In this document: positions 9,991 through 21,572 of the stretch, piece after piece
Layout: the number at the start of each line of letters is the position of its first letter
Numbering within the stretch: position 1 is the first letter of the stretch
Assembly: GCA_963810095.1 (NCBI GenBank)
Contig: CAWEMM010000012.1
Span: 384,001-448,000, forward strand
Reading direction: 5' to 3'
Source of the DNA: an uncultured Chloroflexia bacterium
Lineage (GTDB): Bacteria > Chloroflexota > Anaerolineae > CG2-30-64-16
Length of the DNA stretch: 64,000 nucleotides
Program-made: the position numbers and the translations under genes
The notes under the pieces: model-generated
Seen by the model: only the letters and a program-made list of their open reading frames with translations
Database searches by the model: none
What the model was told of the DNA's origin: nothing

Positions 9991-10060
9991 CCACAAAGCC
10001 ACGACGCCACGAAGGTTCACAAAGACTTCGTGCACCGGCGTATCTTTGCCTCTCGGTGGT
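9990..10060. repeat. Degenerate 8-nt-period (CACRAAGN) inverted-repeat element
   Basis: ACCACAAAGCCACGACGCCACGAAG...CTTCGTG...CTCGGTGGT between convergent genes. Confidence 0.5.
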
Positions 10061-10067
10061 AAAAGGG

Positions 10068-10994
10068 CTACCCCAACCGGCTCCCGACAAACCCTCGCGC
10101 ACCCGCCAGGAATGCGGCGATCGGAGCGGGCTTCTTGCCCGCCAATTGCAGCTCGTCAAGCCACAGGATGCCCGCCCCCGTCACCACGCCGGCCGCGCCC
10201 TTGGCTTCTCCAACGACCGTTCCCGGCTCGCCCTCGCCGCCTCCGACGTGGCCGCGCAGGATCTTCAGCATCTGGCCGTTCCAGGTTGTGTGGGCCGAGG
10301 GCCAGGGCTGGTACGCCCGCACCCGCCGTTCGATCACTTCGGCGGGCTCGCTCCAGTCGATGCGGCCCTGCTCCTTGGCGATCCGCGGCGCATAAGTTGC
10401 GCCTGCTTCGGGCTGAGGTACGGGGGGGAGGGTTCCGGCCAGCCAGCCGGGGAGCGTGCGGACCAGCAGATCGGCGCCCAGCCCCGCCAGCTTTTCGGTA
10501 AGGCTGCCGGTCGTGTCGACGGGCTCGATGGGAATGCTTTCCTTGCCTAACATCGGCCCGGTATCCACGCCTGCATCCATCTTCATGATGGTGATGCCTG
10601 CCTCTGCGTCGCCCGCCAGGATCGCAGCCGCGATGGGCGCCGCGCCGCGATGTCGTGGCAGCAGCGAGCCGTGTACGTTCACGCAGCCGTAGGGCGGGAG
10701 GTCAAGCACGGGCTGCGGCAGGATCAGGCCGTAAGCCGCGACCACAAGCACGTCGGGCGAGAAGCCGGCGAGCGTCACGTGCGCCGCGGCGGGGCGCAGC
10801 GAACGCGGCTGCTCGACGTGCAAACCCTGCCCCACGGCAAACTGCTTGACGGGAGACGGTTCGAGCCGTTGGCCGCGGCCGGCCGGCTGATCCTCGCGGG
10901 TGTAAACGGCCGCGACCTCGTAGCCGGCCGCCAGCAGCGCTCGCAGCGAAGGAACGGCAAACGCCGGTGTACCCATAAAAACGAGCCTCGTCAC
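10068..10994 (-). CDS. fmt: Methionyl-tRNA formyltransferase
   Basis: VFMGTPAFA, VAAYGLIL, NVHGSLLPRHRGAAPI, GVDTG; GGAGG before GTG 10994. Confidence 0.95.
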   Translation of the reverse strand: MTRLVFMGTPAFAVPSLRALLAAGYEVAAVYTREDQPAGRGQRLEPSPVKQFAVGQGLHVEQPRSLRPAAAHVTLAGFSPDVLVVAAYGLILPQPVLDLPPYGCVNVHGSLLPRHRGAAPIAAAILAGDAEAGITIMKMDAGVDTGPMLGKESIPIEPVDTTGSLTEKLAGLGADLLVRTLPGWLAGTLPPVPQPEAGATYAPRIAKEQGRIDWSEPAEVIERRVRAYQPWPSAHTTWNGQMLKILRGHVGGGEGEPGTVVGEAKGAAGVVTGAGILWLDELQLAGKKPAPIAAFLAGARGFVGSRLG

Positions 10995-11035
10995 ATGCAC
11001 CTCCATCGCCGTCAATCATACTCGATAATTCCCGT

Positions 11036-11064
11036 TTGGCTGAGGCCACGTCCGGGGCTATAAT
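11036..11064 (+). promoter_or_regulatory. Sigma70-type promoter, probably giving a leaderless recJ mRNA
   Basis: TTGGCT-17 nt-TATAAT; ATG 7 nt downstream with no SD. Confidence 0.6.
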
Positions 11065-11071
11065 GCCCGCC

Positions 11072-12853
11072 ATGCCACCGACCACAAAGCGCTGGGAAGT
11101 CTGCTCGAAGTGTCCGCCCGATGTTTCTGCCGCGCTTTCACATCTCCACCCGCTGCTGATCCAGGCGCTCTACAATCGGGGTGTCTTCGGCCCCGACGAG
11201 GTCAAGGCTTTCCTCGAGCCGCCCGCCGAGTTGCGCGATCCTTTTGGCCTGAAGGGCATGCACGCGGCCGTTCGCCGCATCCGGGAAGCAATCAAGGCCG
11301 GGGAACTGATCGTTGTCTACGGCGACTTCGACGCCGACGGAGTCACGTCGACCGCACTGCTCGTGCAGGCGCTGACCGCGCTCGGTGCCCGGGCCGAACC
11401 CTATATCCCCCACCGCATCGACGAAGGCTACGGCCTGCACTGCGACTCGCTGGATCGGGTTGCCGCGCTGGGGGCAAAGCTGGTGGTGACCGTCGACTGC
11501 GGAATCCGGTCGAGCCCCGAGGTGGCGTACGCCCAGTCGGTGCTCGGCCTGGACGTGATCGTGAGCGACCATCACTCCGTCCAGCGCGACGCAGCCGGCT
11601 TCGACGTGCTGCCGCCCGCGCTCGCGGTGATCAACCCAAAGCAGCAAGGGGACGAGTACCCGTTCAAGGATCTCGCCGGCGTCGGTCTGGCATTCAAGCT
11701 GGCCCAGGCCCTGTATCGCGCCAACCAGGCCGACCCGCTCGTCTCAAACCCCTCGATCCGCACCGGCGACCTGCTCGACCTGGTGGCGCTGGGCACAGTG
11801 GCCGACATTGCGCCGCTGCTGGGCGAGAACCGGCTGCTGGTGCGTCGCGGGCTGCTGCACCTCAATGGGACTGTCGAGCGCCGGGGCGACGTCGACAGCC
11901 GGCTGGTCCATCTCGGCCCGCGGCGGCCCGGCCTGCGCGCGCTGTTCGGCGAGGCCGACCTGCATCCCGGCAAGGTGACCGCCCAGACTATTGGCTTCGT
12001 CATCGGTCCGCGACTCAACGCAGCAGGCCGGCTCGAGAGCGCCTCGCTCGCATACGACCTGCTCAACGCACCGTCGGAGGCCGCGGCCCGCGACCGGGCG
12101 TACGAGCTGGGGCATCTCAACCGCGAGCGCCAGGACCTCACGCGGAGCATGGTCGAGCAGGCAAAGGCGCGCCTCGGCGCCGAAGACGAAGGCCGCTATC
12201 TCTGCTTCATCTCCGATCCCAGCTTCCGGCCGGGCGTGGTGGGCCTGGTCGCGGGCCGGCTGACCGAGGAACTCTACCTCCCCGCCGTCGTAGCCCACGA
12301 GGGGGAGTTGGAGACGAGGGCCTCGTGCCGCAGCATCCCGGAGTTCAATATCACCGAGGCGCTGGACGAGTGCCGCGAGCTGATGGTGCGTCACGGCGGG
12401 CACGCGGCCGCGGCCGGGTTTACGGTCAAGAACGAGAACGTGCCCGAGCTGCGCCGGCGGCTGGAGGCCATCGCCGCGGAGAAGCTCAGCCGGCTCGACC
12501 TGGCGCCGGTGGTGCGGATTGATGCGGAACTCGAGTTGAGCGACCTGGACTACGCCGTGTGCACCCGGCTGGGCGAGCTGGAGCCTCACGGCGAAGCAAA
12601 TCCACAGCCGGTGTTCGTGTCGCACGACGTGCGGGTCGTTGCCGATTCGGTTCGCACGGTCGGGCATGAGGGACAGCACCTCAAGTTCCGCGCATACGGC
12701 CGGGGTTCGACCAGCGAATGGGACGCCATCGCCTTTCGGATGGGCGAGCTCGCCGGCGGGCTGACGGGCCGGGTCGACCTGGCATACTGCGTCGAAATGA
12801 ATGACTACAGCGGCCGGCCGCAGTTGGTTGTGAAAGACCTGCGAGCCGCCTGA
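11072..12853 (+). CDS. recJ: Single-stranded-DNA exonuclease RecJ
   Basis: YGDFDADG, VDCG, SDHH, GPRLNAAGR, GGHAAAAG. Confidence 0.95.
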   Translation: MPPTTKRWEVCSKCPPDVSAALSHLHPLLIQALYNRGVFGPDEVKAFLEPPAELRDPFGLKGMHAAVRRIREAIKAGELIVVYGDFDADGVTSTALLVQALTALGARAEPYIPHRIDEGYGLHCDSLDRVAALGAKLVVTVDCGIRSSPEVAYAQSVLGLDVIVSDHHSVQRDAAGFDVLPPALAVINPKQQGDEYPFKDLAGVGLAFKLAQALYRANQADPLVSNPSIRTGDLLDLVALGTVADIAPLLGENRLLVRRGLLHLNGTVERRGDVDSRLVHLGPRRPGLRALFGEADLHPGKVTAQTIGFVIGPRLNAAGRLESASLAYDLLNAPSEAAARDRAYELGHLNRERQDLTRSMVEQAKARLGAEDEGRYLCFISDPSFRPGVVGLVAGRLTEELYLPAVVAHEGELETRASCRSIPEFNITEALDECRELMVRHGGHAAAAGFTVKNENVPELRRRLEAIAAEKLSRLDLAPVVRIDAELELSDLDYAVCTRLGELEPHGEANPQPVFVSHDVRVVADSVRTVGHEGQHLKFRAYGRGSTSEWDAIAFRMGELAGGLTGRVDLAYCVEMNDYSGRPQLVVKDLRAA

Positions 12854-12975
12854 GACTGGCTTGCCACAGCGCGCACCGAGAAGCAGCGGCTCGTTTGCGA
12901 GGATGAGAGTCTGGCACCCTCGCCAAAACCTCTGATCCCTCTGCGATCTCTGTGGCGGAAAGATGAAGCACCGAA

Positions 12976-13233
12976 GTGACACAAGCATCGAGGTGGGCGC
13001 GCACGCCCGTGGCGCTGCGGGTAGGGGCCATCTTTGCCGCGGCCGGCATCGTCCTGGCCGTGATCGGGATTGCGAAGGGCACGGTGCCGGCGAACCCGCT
13101 CTCTATCTTCCTCGCGCTCCTGATCTCGGGCGGCAGTTGGGGCGTGGTGGCGTGGGCGGTCACGACCGCGATCGTCGACGTGGAGCGCGCCACGGGCGAG
13201 GACGACGAGGAAACCAAAGATGTCGCTGCATGA
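12976..13233 (+). CDS. Small two-TM membrane protein
   Basis: Two hydrophobic helices, acidic tail, overlaps the HAD gene start. Confidence 0.6.
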   Translation: MTQASRWARTPVALRVGAIFAAAGIVLAVIGIAKGTVPANPLSIFLALLISGGSWGVVAWAVTTAIVDVERATGEDDEETKDVAA

Positions 13234-14023
13234 CCTACGCGACGCCCGTGCATTTATCTTCGACATGGACGGGGTGCTGTACCGGGGCAAACAGGTGCTG
13301 CCGGGTGCCGTCGAATTCATCGCAGCCCTGCGCCGTGCACAGGTCCCATTCCTCTTCCTCACCAACAACGGGACGACGCCGGCCGCAGACGTCGCGGAGC
13401 GCCTGGTGGGCATGCGCATCGAGGCGAGCGCGGAACAAATCCTGACCTCGGCCGACGCGACCGCCGCGCACCTGGCCCACCAGCGGCCGGGCTGCCGCGT
13501 CCTGGTCGTGGGCGAACGCGGTATACGCACCGCGTTGACAGCGGCCGGTTTCACCCTTGCGACGGACCATCGGGAGGCCGATGCGGTCGTGGTGGGCCTG
13601 GATCGCGAGGCGGATTACGCCCGGCTCAAGGAAGCCAGCCTCGCGGTCCAGGCCGGCGCGCTGTTCCTCGCCACCAACCGTGACGCGAACATGCCGACCG
13701 AAGAAGGGCTGGTTCCGGGAGCGGGAGCGTTCGTCGGCATGGTCGAGATCGCCAGCGGAGGCCAGGCGTTGGCCGTTGGGAAGCCCTCGGCGGGCATCTT
13801 CCATCAGGCTTTAGCGCGCCTGGGTGCGGCCCCCGAAACGACCGCCTGCGTGGGCGACCGCCCGGACACCGACATCGTGGGGGGCCAGAATGCCGGCTGC
13901 CCGACAGTCGCGGTGCTGACAGGGGTGGGCACGCGCGAGGATTTCGCCACTATGTCTCCCCCGCCCGACTGGATCTTCGACGACCTCTGCGGCCTTCATC
14001 AGGCCTATTTCGGCGAGAAGTAA
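13220..14023 (+). CDS. HAD-IIA hydrolase (NagD-like)
   Basis: FDMDGVLY, LTNN, GKP, VGDRPDTDI. Confidence 0.92.
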   Translation: MSLHDLRDARAFIFDMDGVLYRGKQVLPGAVEFIAALRRAQVPFLFLTNNGTTPAADVAERLVGMRIEASAEQILTSADATAAHLAHQRPGCRVLVVGERGIRTALTAAGFTLATDHREADAVVVGLDREADYARLKEASLAVQAGALFLATNRDANMPTEEGLVPGAGAFVGMVEIASGGQALAVGKPSAGIFHQALARLGAAPETTACVGDRPDTDIVGGQNAGCPTVAVLTGVGTREDFATMSPPPDWIFDDLCGLHQAYFGEK

Positions 14024-14111
14024 AAATGGAGCGCTGATTGAACTGATTCCTACGGTTTCTGACATGAGCCTCATGGGAATCAGTTCAATCAGTTGAACGG
14101 GCGTCCCGTTT
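14024..14111. repeat. MITE/REP-like element, CTGATTGAA family, copy 1
   Basis: Perfect 17-bp IR CTGATTGAACTGATTCC (14034-14050)/GGAATCAGTTCAATCAG (14076-14092); ends resemble copies 2 and 3. Confidence 0.65.
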
Positions 14112-14119
14112 CGTCGCGC

Positions 14120-15106
14120 CTACCAGCGTTGATGGACGTGGGGCTTAATCAGCCGGTTATACACGTCGCGCACGCCCGCCATCGTCGCATCGGACAGCGG
14201 CGGCAGGGCAGCCGCGCCGACATTGTCCTCCGCCTGGCTGGGCCGCTTGGCGCCGGGGATAGTGCAGGTCACTGCATCGAACATCAGGATCCAGCGCAGG
14301 GCGAATTGCGCCATAGTGGCACGCTCGGGCATCAGCGCCCGCAGTTCATCCACCGCCTGCAGCGCAACCTCGTAAGGCACCCCCGAGAAGGTCTCGCCGA
14401 CGTCGAAGGCCTCCCCGTGGCGGTTGAAGTTGCGGTGGTCGTCGGTTGAGAACTGCGAGTCCCGGGTCATCTTGCCGGTCAGCATGCCGCTCGCCAACGG
14501 GACGCGGGCGAGGATGCCCACCTGCCGCGCCTTTGCCTCGGGGAAGAACCGCTCGGAAGGCCGCAGGCGGAACATGTTGAAGATGATTTGCACCGTCTGT
14601 ACGCCGGGGAACTCGATCGCCTTCAGCGCCTCTTCGACTTTCTCCACGCTCACACCGTAGTAGCGGATCTTGCCCTGGCTGACCAGGTCATCGAGAACGC
14701 CAAACACCTCGGGCCGGTAGTAGACCTCGGTCGGCGGGCAATGCAGCTGGACGAGATCCAGGCAGTCCGTCGCGAGGTTCTTCAGACTGCGGTCGATGAA
14801 CGCAGTGAGGTTCTCGCGGTTATAGCCGGCCGAATTATGCGGGTCGAGGCGCCGGCCGGCCTTCGTGGCGACATAGATGGGCTCGCCGCGCCGCTCTCGC
14901 ACCACCTGGCTCACCAACCGCTCGCTGTGCCCGTCGCCGTACACATCCGCCGTATCGATGAAGTTGACGCCCAGGTCGATCACGCGGTGCAGCGCGGCAA
15001 GCGACTCGTCGTCGTCGACCGCACCCCATGCGCTGCCGATGGCCCACGCGCCGAAGCTGACTTCCGATACCTGCCAACCTGTTCGTCCTAAAGGTCGATA
15101 GTTCAT
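14120..15106 (-). CDS. Aldo/keto reductase
   Basis: FIDTADVYGDGHSE, DLVQLH, TIPGAK. Confidence 0.92.
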   Translation of the reverse strand: MNYRPLGRTGWQVSEVSFGAWAIGSAWGAVDDDESLAALHRVIDLGVNFIDTADVYGDGHSERLVSQVVRERRGEPIYVATKAGRRLDPHNSAGYNRENLTAFIDRSLKNLATDCLDLVQLHCPPTEVYYRPEVFGVLDDLVSQGKIRYYGVSVEKVEEALKAIEFPGVQTVQIIFNMFRLRPSERFFPEAKARQVGILARVPLASGMLTGKMTRDSQFSTDDHRNFNRHGEAFDVGETFSGVPYEVALQAVDELRALMPERATMAQFALRWILMFDAVTCTIPGAKRPSQAEDNVGAAALPPLSDATMAGVRDVYNRLIKPHVHQRW

Positions 15107-15258
15107 GATTCCTCCCTTTACCAGAAAGACGCCGAGACACGAGGAGTCACGAAGGGCATCGCGCGTTTTCGGCCCTTTTGTGTCCTTACGGCTAAGAATT
15201 TATCCGAGAATGCTCTGGCTGATCTCCGACCGGCAAGAGCAAGATTTCAGATCGACAC

Positions 15259-16662
<1,404 letters not shown>

Positions 16663-16806
16663 TCATGCGCCTTTGAAGGCCATGCGCCCGCACGGTGTCA
16701 TCTTGTCTTCACAGTCACGAGGCTGATAGACCTCACAATGATAACATGGGGCAGGCAGGCAGGCATCTTTGCGAGTGTGCATCTTCGCGCCGCCGGTATT
16801 CTGGGC

Positions 16807-16812
16807 TATAAT
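16807..16812 (+). promoter_or_regulatory. -10 box, probable leaderless MFS mRNA
   Basis: GGGCTATAAT-GCAGCGC-ATG, same geometry as the recJ promoter. Confidence 0.5.
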
Positions 16813-16819
16813 GCAGCGC

Positions 16820-18157
16820 ATGTTAACGCACAGTGACCCCGCGACGACGCAGGGAGCCGCCTCCGCCTCACGGCGCTTGCCGCCCACCTTTCGGGCATTG
16901 GCGCACCGCAACTTCAGGCTTTGGTTCGTCGGCCAGGGTATCTCGCTCGTCGGCACCTGGATGCAGACAATGGCCCAACAGGTGCTTGTTTACCAACTGA
17001 CCGGTTCCGCGGCCGCACTCGGCCTCGTCAGCGGCATTGGCCTGATCCCCACCATTCCGTTGGCCCTGTGGGGCGGCTCGCTCGCCGACCGCGTGCCGAA
17101 GCGTACGATCATCGCTGTGGCCCAGAGCGCAATGATGGTCCAGGCCTTCGTCCTGGCGCTCCTGACATGGAGCAGGACGGTCCAGGTCTGGCACGTGTAC
17201 CTGATGGCCGTCCTGCTGGCTGCGGCTCAGGCGATCGACCTGCCTGCCCGGCAGGCGTTCATCGTCGACATGGTCGACGGTAAGGAAGACCTGACGAACG
17301 CCATTGCCCTTAACTCGGCCATCTTCAACGGCGCCCGGGCGCTGGGCCCTGCACTCGCGGGGGCGACCGTGGCCACATTGGGCGTCGCGCCCGCTTTCTT
17401 TCTGAACGGCCTGAGCTTCGTCGCCGTCATCGGCAGCCTGCGTATGATGCGAGGGCTGCCGGCCTTCCGCCGGGCCACGAAAGGGGCTTCGCTGTCCCGC
17501 CATCTCAGTGAAGGCGTGCACTACGTGCTGGCCAGCCGGATGATCCTGTTGCTGATGAGCCTCGTGGCGGTCAGCGCGTTCCTGTCCATGCCCTACAGCA
17601 CCCTGATGCCGGCAGCGGCCGACAGGCTGCTGAAGGAGAGCGCCCAGCCCGTGGTTGCCGCGCTGTGCACCAACCCAGGATCGCCCTTCCGCTGCCAGGC
17701 GCCCGAGGCACTGCCGCTCGGCCTGCTGATGACGGCGGTCGGAATCGGCGCAGTGACGGGTGCGCTGGCCGTCGCCTCGCTTCCCAACAACGCTCGGCGC
17801 GGCCGGCTGCTAACCCTGGGCAACCTTCTGTTTCCCGCGCTGTTGCTGGCGTTTGCAGCCTCGCGCTCCTTTCTGCTCTCGCTGGCGCTGCTGGTCGGCA
17901 TTGGCATGAGCTTCGTGATCCAGAACTCGCTGGCCAACACGTTGATCCAGCTGACGGTTAGCGACGAATTCCGCGGGCGGGTCATGAGTATCTACTCGCT
18001 GACCTTCACATCTGCAATGCGAGCGGGCGGGCTGCAGGCCGGCCTGGTGGCTGACGGGCTCGGTCCTGCGGTCAGCATCGGCATCGGGGCCCTGGCGTCC
18101 CTGGCGTACGGCGCGTTCGTCGCGCTGCGCTATCCTGATTTGAGGCGGATGGCATGA
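16820..18157 (+). CDS. MFS transporter (MFS_3/DUF894-like)
   Basis: FRALAHRNFRLWFVGQGISLVGTWMQ, GGSLADRVPKR, FRGRVMS. Confidence 0.88.
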   Translation: MLTHSDPATTQGAASASRRLPPTFRALAHRNFRLWFVGQGISLVGTWMQTMAQQVLVYQLTGSAAALGLVSGIGLIPTIPLALWGGSLADRVPKRTIIAVAQSAMMVQAFVLALLTWSRTVQVWHVYLMAVLLAAAQAIDLPARQAFIVDMVDGKEDLTNAIALNSAIFNGARALGPALAGATVATLGVAPAFFLNGLSFVAVIGSLRMMRGLPAFRRATKGASLSRHLSEGVHYVLASRMILLLMSLVAVSAFLSMPYSTLMPAAADRLLKESAQPVVAALCTNPGSPFRCQAPEALPLGLLMTAVGIGAVTGALAVASLPNNARRGRLLTLGNLLFPALLLAFAASRSFLLSLALLVGIGMSFVIQNSLANTLIQLTVSDEFRGRVMSIYSLTFTSAMRAGGLQAGLVADGLGPAVSIGIGALASLAYGAFVALRYPDLRRMA

Positions 18158-19260
18158 GGCTATATATCGAACCCACCAACCAGTGCAACCTCGCGTGCCG
18201 AACGTGCCTGCGAAACGCGTGGGATGAGGCGGGCGGCCACATGAGCACCGCAACTTTCGGCCGCGTCCTCGACGGGCTGCGCAAGCTGGCGCCCCCGCCC
18301 CGGCCCGCGCCCGAAGTCTTCTTCGGCGGATACGGCGAGCCCCTCGCCCATCCTGCGATCGTAGAGATGGTGGCAGCGGCAAAGGGCCTCGGCGGTGCAG
18401 TCGAGCTCATCACCAATGGCACGCTGCTCGACGAAAGGATGAGCCGCGCACTGATCGGCGCCGGGCTCGACCGCCTGTGGGTATCGCTGGACGGTGCACA
18501 TGCCGAGAGCTACGCCGACGTGCGGCTGGGCGCGGAGTTGCCCGACGTGCTCGCCAACGTGCAACGGTTCAGACACCTCCGTCCCAGCGGGCACAACCCG
18601 CTGCCGCGCATCGGCGTCTCGTTTGTCGCCATGCGCAGCAACGTGGGCGATTTCCCAGAACTGTTGAGTCTCGCAACTGACCTCGGCGCAGGCGACGTGT
18701 TGGTAACCAACCTGCTGCCTCATACGGCCGATATGCTGGACGAGATTCTGTACCGGCGGGCGCTGAAGGATATCGCGTTCCTTGACTCGCAATGGCTGCC
18801 GACCGTGGGCCTACCGCGCATGGAGGTGGGCGAGGCGAGCGCGCAGACGCTGGTGGCCGCGCTGAACAGCCAGCGCCGAGTGTCGATTGGGGATGTGTCG
18901 CTGGGCGCGGCGACCGACCGCTGTCCCTTCATCACCCGTGCCGCTGCCGCAGTGGGGTGGGATGGACGCTTCAGTCCGTGCCTGCCCCTGCTCTACGACC
19001 AGCACTCCTACCTGCACGGGCGGCCACGACATGCGCGGCATTACACGGTTGGAAACGTCAACCAACGCGGGCTGGACGAGTTGTGGGACAACCCCGAGCA
19101 CACGCGGTTCCGGAGCCTGGTGACCGAGTTCCGGTTCTCGCCCTGCGCCGCCTGTGGCGGATGCGAAAACTCGGCGGGCAACCTACAGGATTGCACGGGC
19201 AACACTTTCCCAACCTGCGGCGGCTGCCTCTGGGCGCAGGGCATCATCCGTTGTCCGTGA
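18154..19260 (+). CDS. Radical SAM/SPASM protein resembling tungsten-cofactor oxidoreductase radical SAM maturases
   Basis: CNLACRTC, GGYGEPL, C-terminal CAACGGC...DC...CGGCLWAQGIIRCP. Confidence 0.75.
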   Translation: MRLYIEPTNQCNLACRTCLRNAWDEAGGHMSTATFGRVLDGLRKLAPPPRPAPEVFFGGYGEPLAHPAIVEMVAAAKGLGGAVELITNGTLLDERMSRALIGAGLDRLWVSLDGAHAESYADVRLGAELPDVLANVQRFRHLRPSGHNPLPRIGVSFVAMRSNVGDFPELLSLATDLGAGDVLVTNLLPHTADMLDEILYRRALKDIAFLDSQWLPTVGLPRMEVGEASAQTLVAALNSQRRVSIGDVSLGAATDRCPFITRAAAAVGWDGRFSPCLPLLYDQHSYLHGRPRHARHYTVGNVNQRGLDELWDNPEHTRFRSLVTEFRFSPCAACGGCENSAGNLQDCTGNTFPTCGGCLWAQGIIRCP

Positions 19261-20294
19261 GCGCGCCGGCCGGCGTCGAGATCCCCGCGCTTGGCCGCGT
19301 CGAGCCAGGGGGTGGGCTTGTGCTCAGAGCCGCCACTTCTGACGGTCGGTTTCGTGCGGGCGTGGACGGCGTGGCGTCGATCCACTCGACCGGCGACGGC
19401 AAGGTTGAGTTGGTCGCGTTTCAGGGTGGGGGAAACGCGCATACCCTCGCGCATGTCACATCCTCGCTCGGCTACCCTGCCTACTATCCGCTGCATCCCG
19501 TCGCACTGCAGCGTCCCGTCAAGGCCGTACTGATGGACCTCGACGGCACCAGCGTGCACAGCGAACCGTTCTGGATCTGGATCATCGAGCAGACGACCGC
19601 AAGCCTCCTGGGCCATCCGGACTTCCGGCTCGAGCCGGCCGACCAGCCCTACGTCTCGGGCCACAGCGTTTCCGAGCACCTGCAGTATTGCATCGCCAAG
19701 TACTGCCCGAGCGCGACGATCGAGGAGGCGCGCGCGTACTACTTCGAGCACACCCAGCGCGAAATGCGCTGGATCCTGGAGGGCCGGGGCCGGTCGAACG
19801 CTTTCGTGCCTGCACCGGGGTTGAAGGAGTTTCTGCTCGGGCTGAAGGAACGGGGCATCAAGATTGCGCTGGTCACGTCGGGGCTTTACGAGAAGGCGTA
19901 TCCCGAAATTCTGGCCGCGTTCCGGACGCTGGGGCTGGGCGAACCAAGCGCCTTCTACGATGCGATTATCACGGCCGGCTTCCCGCTGCGACGCGGCTCG
20001 GTGGGGACCCTGGGCGAACTGTCGCCCAAGCCCCATCCGTGGCTCTATGCGGAGGCGGCGCGGGTAGGGCTGGGCATCTCATTCGACGAACGCGAGTCGG
20101 TCGTCGGCATCGAGGATTCCGGCGCGGGGGTGTGCGCGATCCGGCTCGCAGGCTTCGTCACCGTCGGCCTGACGAGCGGGAACATCCGGGAGAGCGGGAC
20201 GGCGGCGCTGTGCAACTACCTGGCGGACGACCTGGCCGGCGTGCTGCAGCGTCTGGATGCGGCCGGCGAGACGTCGCCGCAGACGAGGGGGTGA
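19257..20294 (+). CDS. HAD-family phosphatase with N-terminal extension
   Basis: LMDLDGT, LVTSG, PKPHP, GIEDS; GTG start overlaps the radical SAM stop (GTGA). Confidence 0.82.
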   Translation: MSAPAGVEIPALGRVEPGGGLVLRAATSDGRFRAGVDGVASIHSTGDGKVELVAFQGGGNAHTLAHVTSSLGYPAYYPLHPVALQRPVKAVLMDLDGTSVHSEPFWIWIIEQTTASLLGHPDFRLEPADQPYVSGHSVSEHLQYCIAKYCPSATIEEARAYYFEHTQREMRWILEGRGRSNAFVPAPGLKEFLLGLKERGIKIALVTSGLYEKAYPEILAAFRTLGLGEPSAFYDAIITAGFPLRRGSVGTLGELSPKPHPWLYAEAARVGLGISFDERESVVGIEDSGAGVCAIRLAGFVTVGLTSGNIRESGTAALCNYLADDLAGVLQRLDAAGETSPQTRG

Positions 20295-20388
20295 GCAGCA
20301 GGCGTTTTGGCGTGCGCCGTCGCCGGGCGCAATTCCTCATCCCACTGCGACCATCCCTGCCACACCTTTACCGGCGATAGGAGGAAGC

Positions 20389-21387
20389 ATGAGCTTCTGG
20401 TCGACCCTCATCGGCGAGAACACCTTCCGCCCCGAAGACGTACCCCCCTTCGAGGCCAAGCTGTTCTTCGAAGGCGCCACCGCACGGCGCAAATTCGAGC
20501 AGTTCGGCATCCTGCTCTTTCTCGCTACGGTCATCGCCACTGCCGGCATCGTCTCTAATAGCACCGCGACGGTCATCGGGGCCATGATTGTCGCGCCCCT
20601 GATGACGCCCATCATGGCGACGACCGCCGCGCTCACGATGGGCCAGGTCGGCCGGGCGAGCCGGGCGCTGCTGCTGGTCGGCATCGGAGTCGTCACCGTG
20701 ATCGCGCTGGCCGCCCTGCTCGGTTGGCTCTATAGCGGCGTGATCGACTTCTCGAACAACCTGCAGATCACCGGCCGGGTCTCGCCCACCATGGTCGATC
20801 TGATCGCCGCGCTGGCCTCGGGCGCGGCGGGCGCCTACTGCATGAGCCGGGAGGATATCTCTGACTCGCTGGCGGGCGTAGCAATCGCCATTTCCCTCGT
20901 CCCGCCGCTGTGCGTGGTCGGCCTCAGCCTGCAGGCGGGCCGCATGGATGAGGCGGCCGGCTCGCTGCTCCTGTTTGTCACCAACTTCCTGGCCATCCTG
21001 CTGGCCGGCGGCGCGGTGCTGGCGATCCTCGGCCTCAGCAAAGCTGCGAATGCGCGCATCGCGGGGCCGGCGCGGCGCAACGCCTATACTGCCATCGCGT
21101 TGGCGACGCTGGTCGTCTGTGTGCCCCTCGCCACGACGGGCCGCCAGGCCACTGCGGCCTTCTTTGGTCAGCAGCAGAGCAAGGCGGTAGTCGACGCCTG
21201 GGTTGCCGGCAGCGGCTATGTGAACGAGGCAGTGGTCTACAACGGGGACAAGGTTAGGGTCGTCATCACGGGTGCCGGCGAGCCTCCGCCGTTTGACGGC
21301 CTCGTCAGCGCCCTGCGCACCCGGCTGCGGCAGCCGGTGGCAGTGACGCTCAAGATCGTGCCGGCCGAGGAATTTGTCAGTCCCTAG
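20389..21387 (+). CDS. DUF389 (TIGR00341-like) membrane protein
   Basis: STATVIGAMIVAPLMTPI, GVAIAISLVPPLCVVG; AGGAGG SD. Confidence 0.88.
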   Translation: MSFWSTLIGENTFRPEDVPPFEAKLFFEGATARRKFEQFGILLFLATVIATAGIVSNSTATVIGAMIVAPLMTPIMATTAALTMGQVGRASRALLLVGIGVVTVIALAALLGWLYSGVIDFSNNLQITGRVSPTMVDLIAALASGAAGAYCMSREDISDSLAGVAIAISLVPPLCVVGLSLQAGRMDEAAGSLLLFVTNFLAILLAGGAVLAILGLSKAANARIAGPARRNAYTAIALATLVVCVPLATTGRQATAAFFGQQQSKAVVDAWVAGSGYVNEAVVYNGDKVRVVITGAGEPPPFDGLVSALRTRLRQPVAVTLKIVPAEEFVSP

Positions 21388-21423
21388 CGCGGACACGCCT
21401 ACGCCGCCGGACAACGCGGGGTG

Positions 21424-21520
21424 AAATGGGACACTGATTGAACGGACTCGACTGATCAGCACGGTCTTTTTACGAAGGACAGTGCTGATCAGTTCAATCA
21501 GTTGCATCAGCGTCCCATTT
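21424..21520. repeat. MITE/REP-like element, CTGATTGAA family, copy 2
   Basis: Terminal IR AAATGGGACACTGAT...ATCAGCGTCCCATTT with internal CTGATTGAA/TTCAATCAG. Confidence 0.7.
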
Positions 21521-21572
21521 CAGATCCGTTTAGTTCCTGAATACCTAGCACTTCGTCATGATCGGGCGCCGG

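Noticed and set aside
18154-19260. Anaerobic sulfatase maturase for the sulfatase at 4634..6043
   Set aside because: Not linked to the sulfatase, and the Cys pattern fits the tungsten-associated radical SAM type better.
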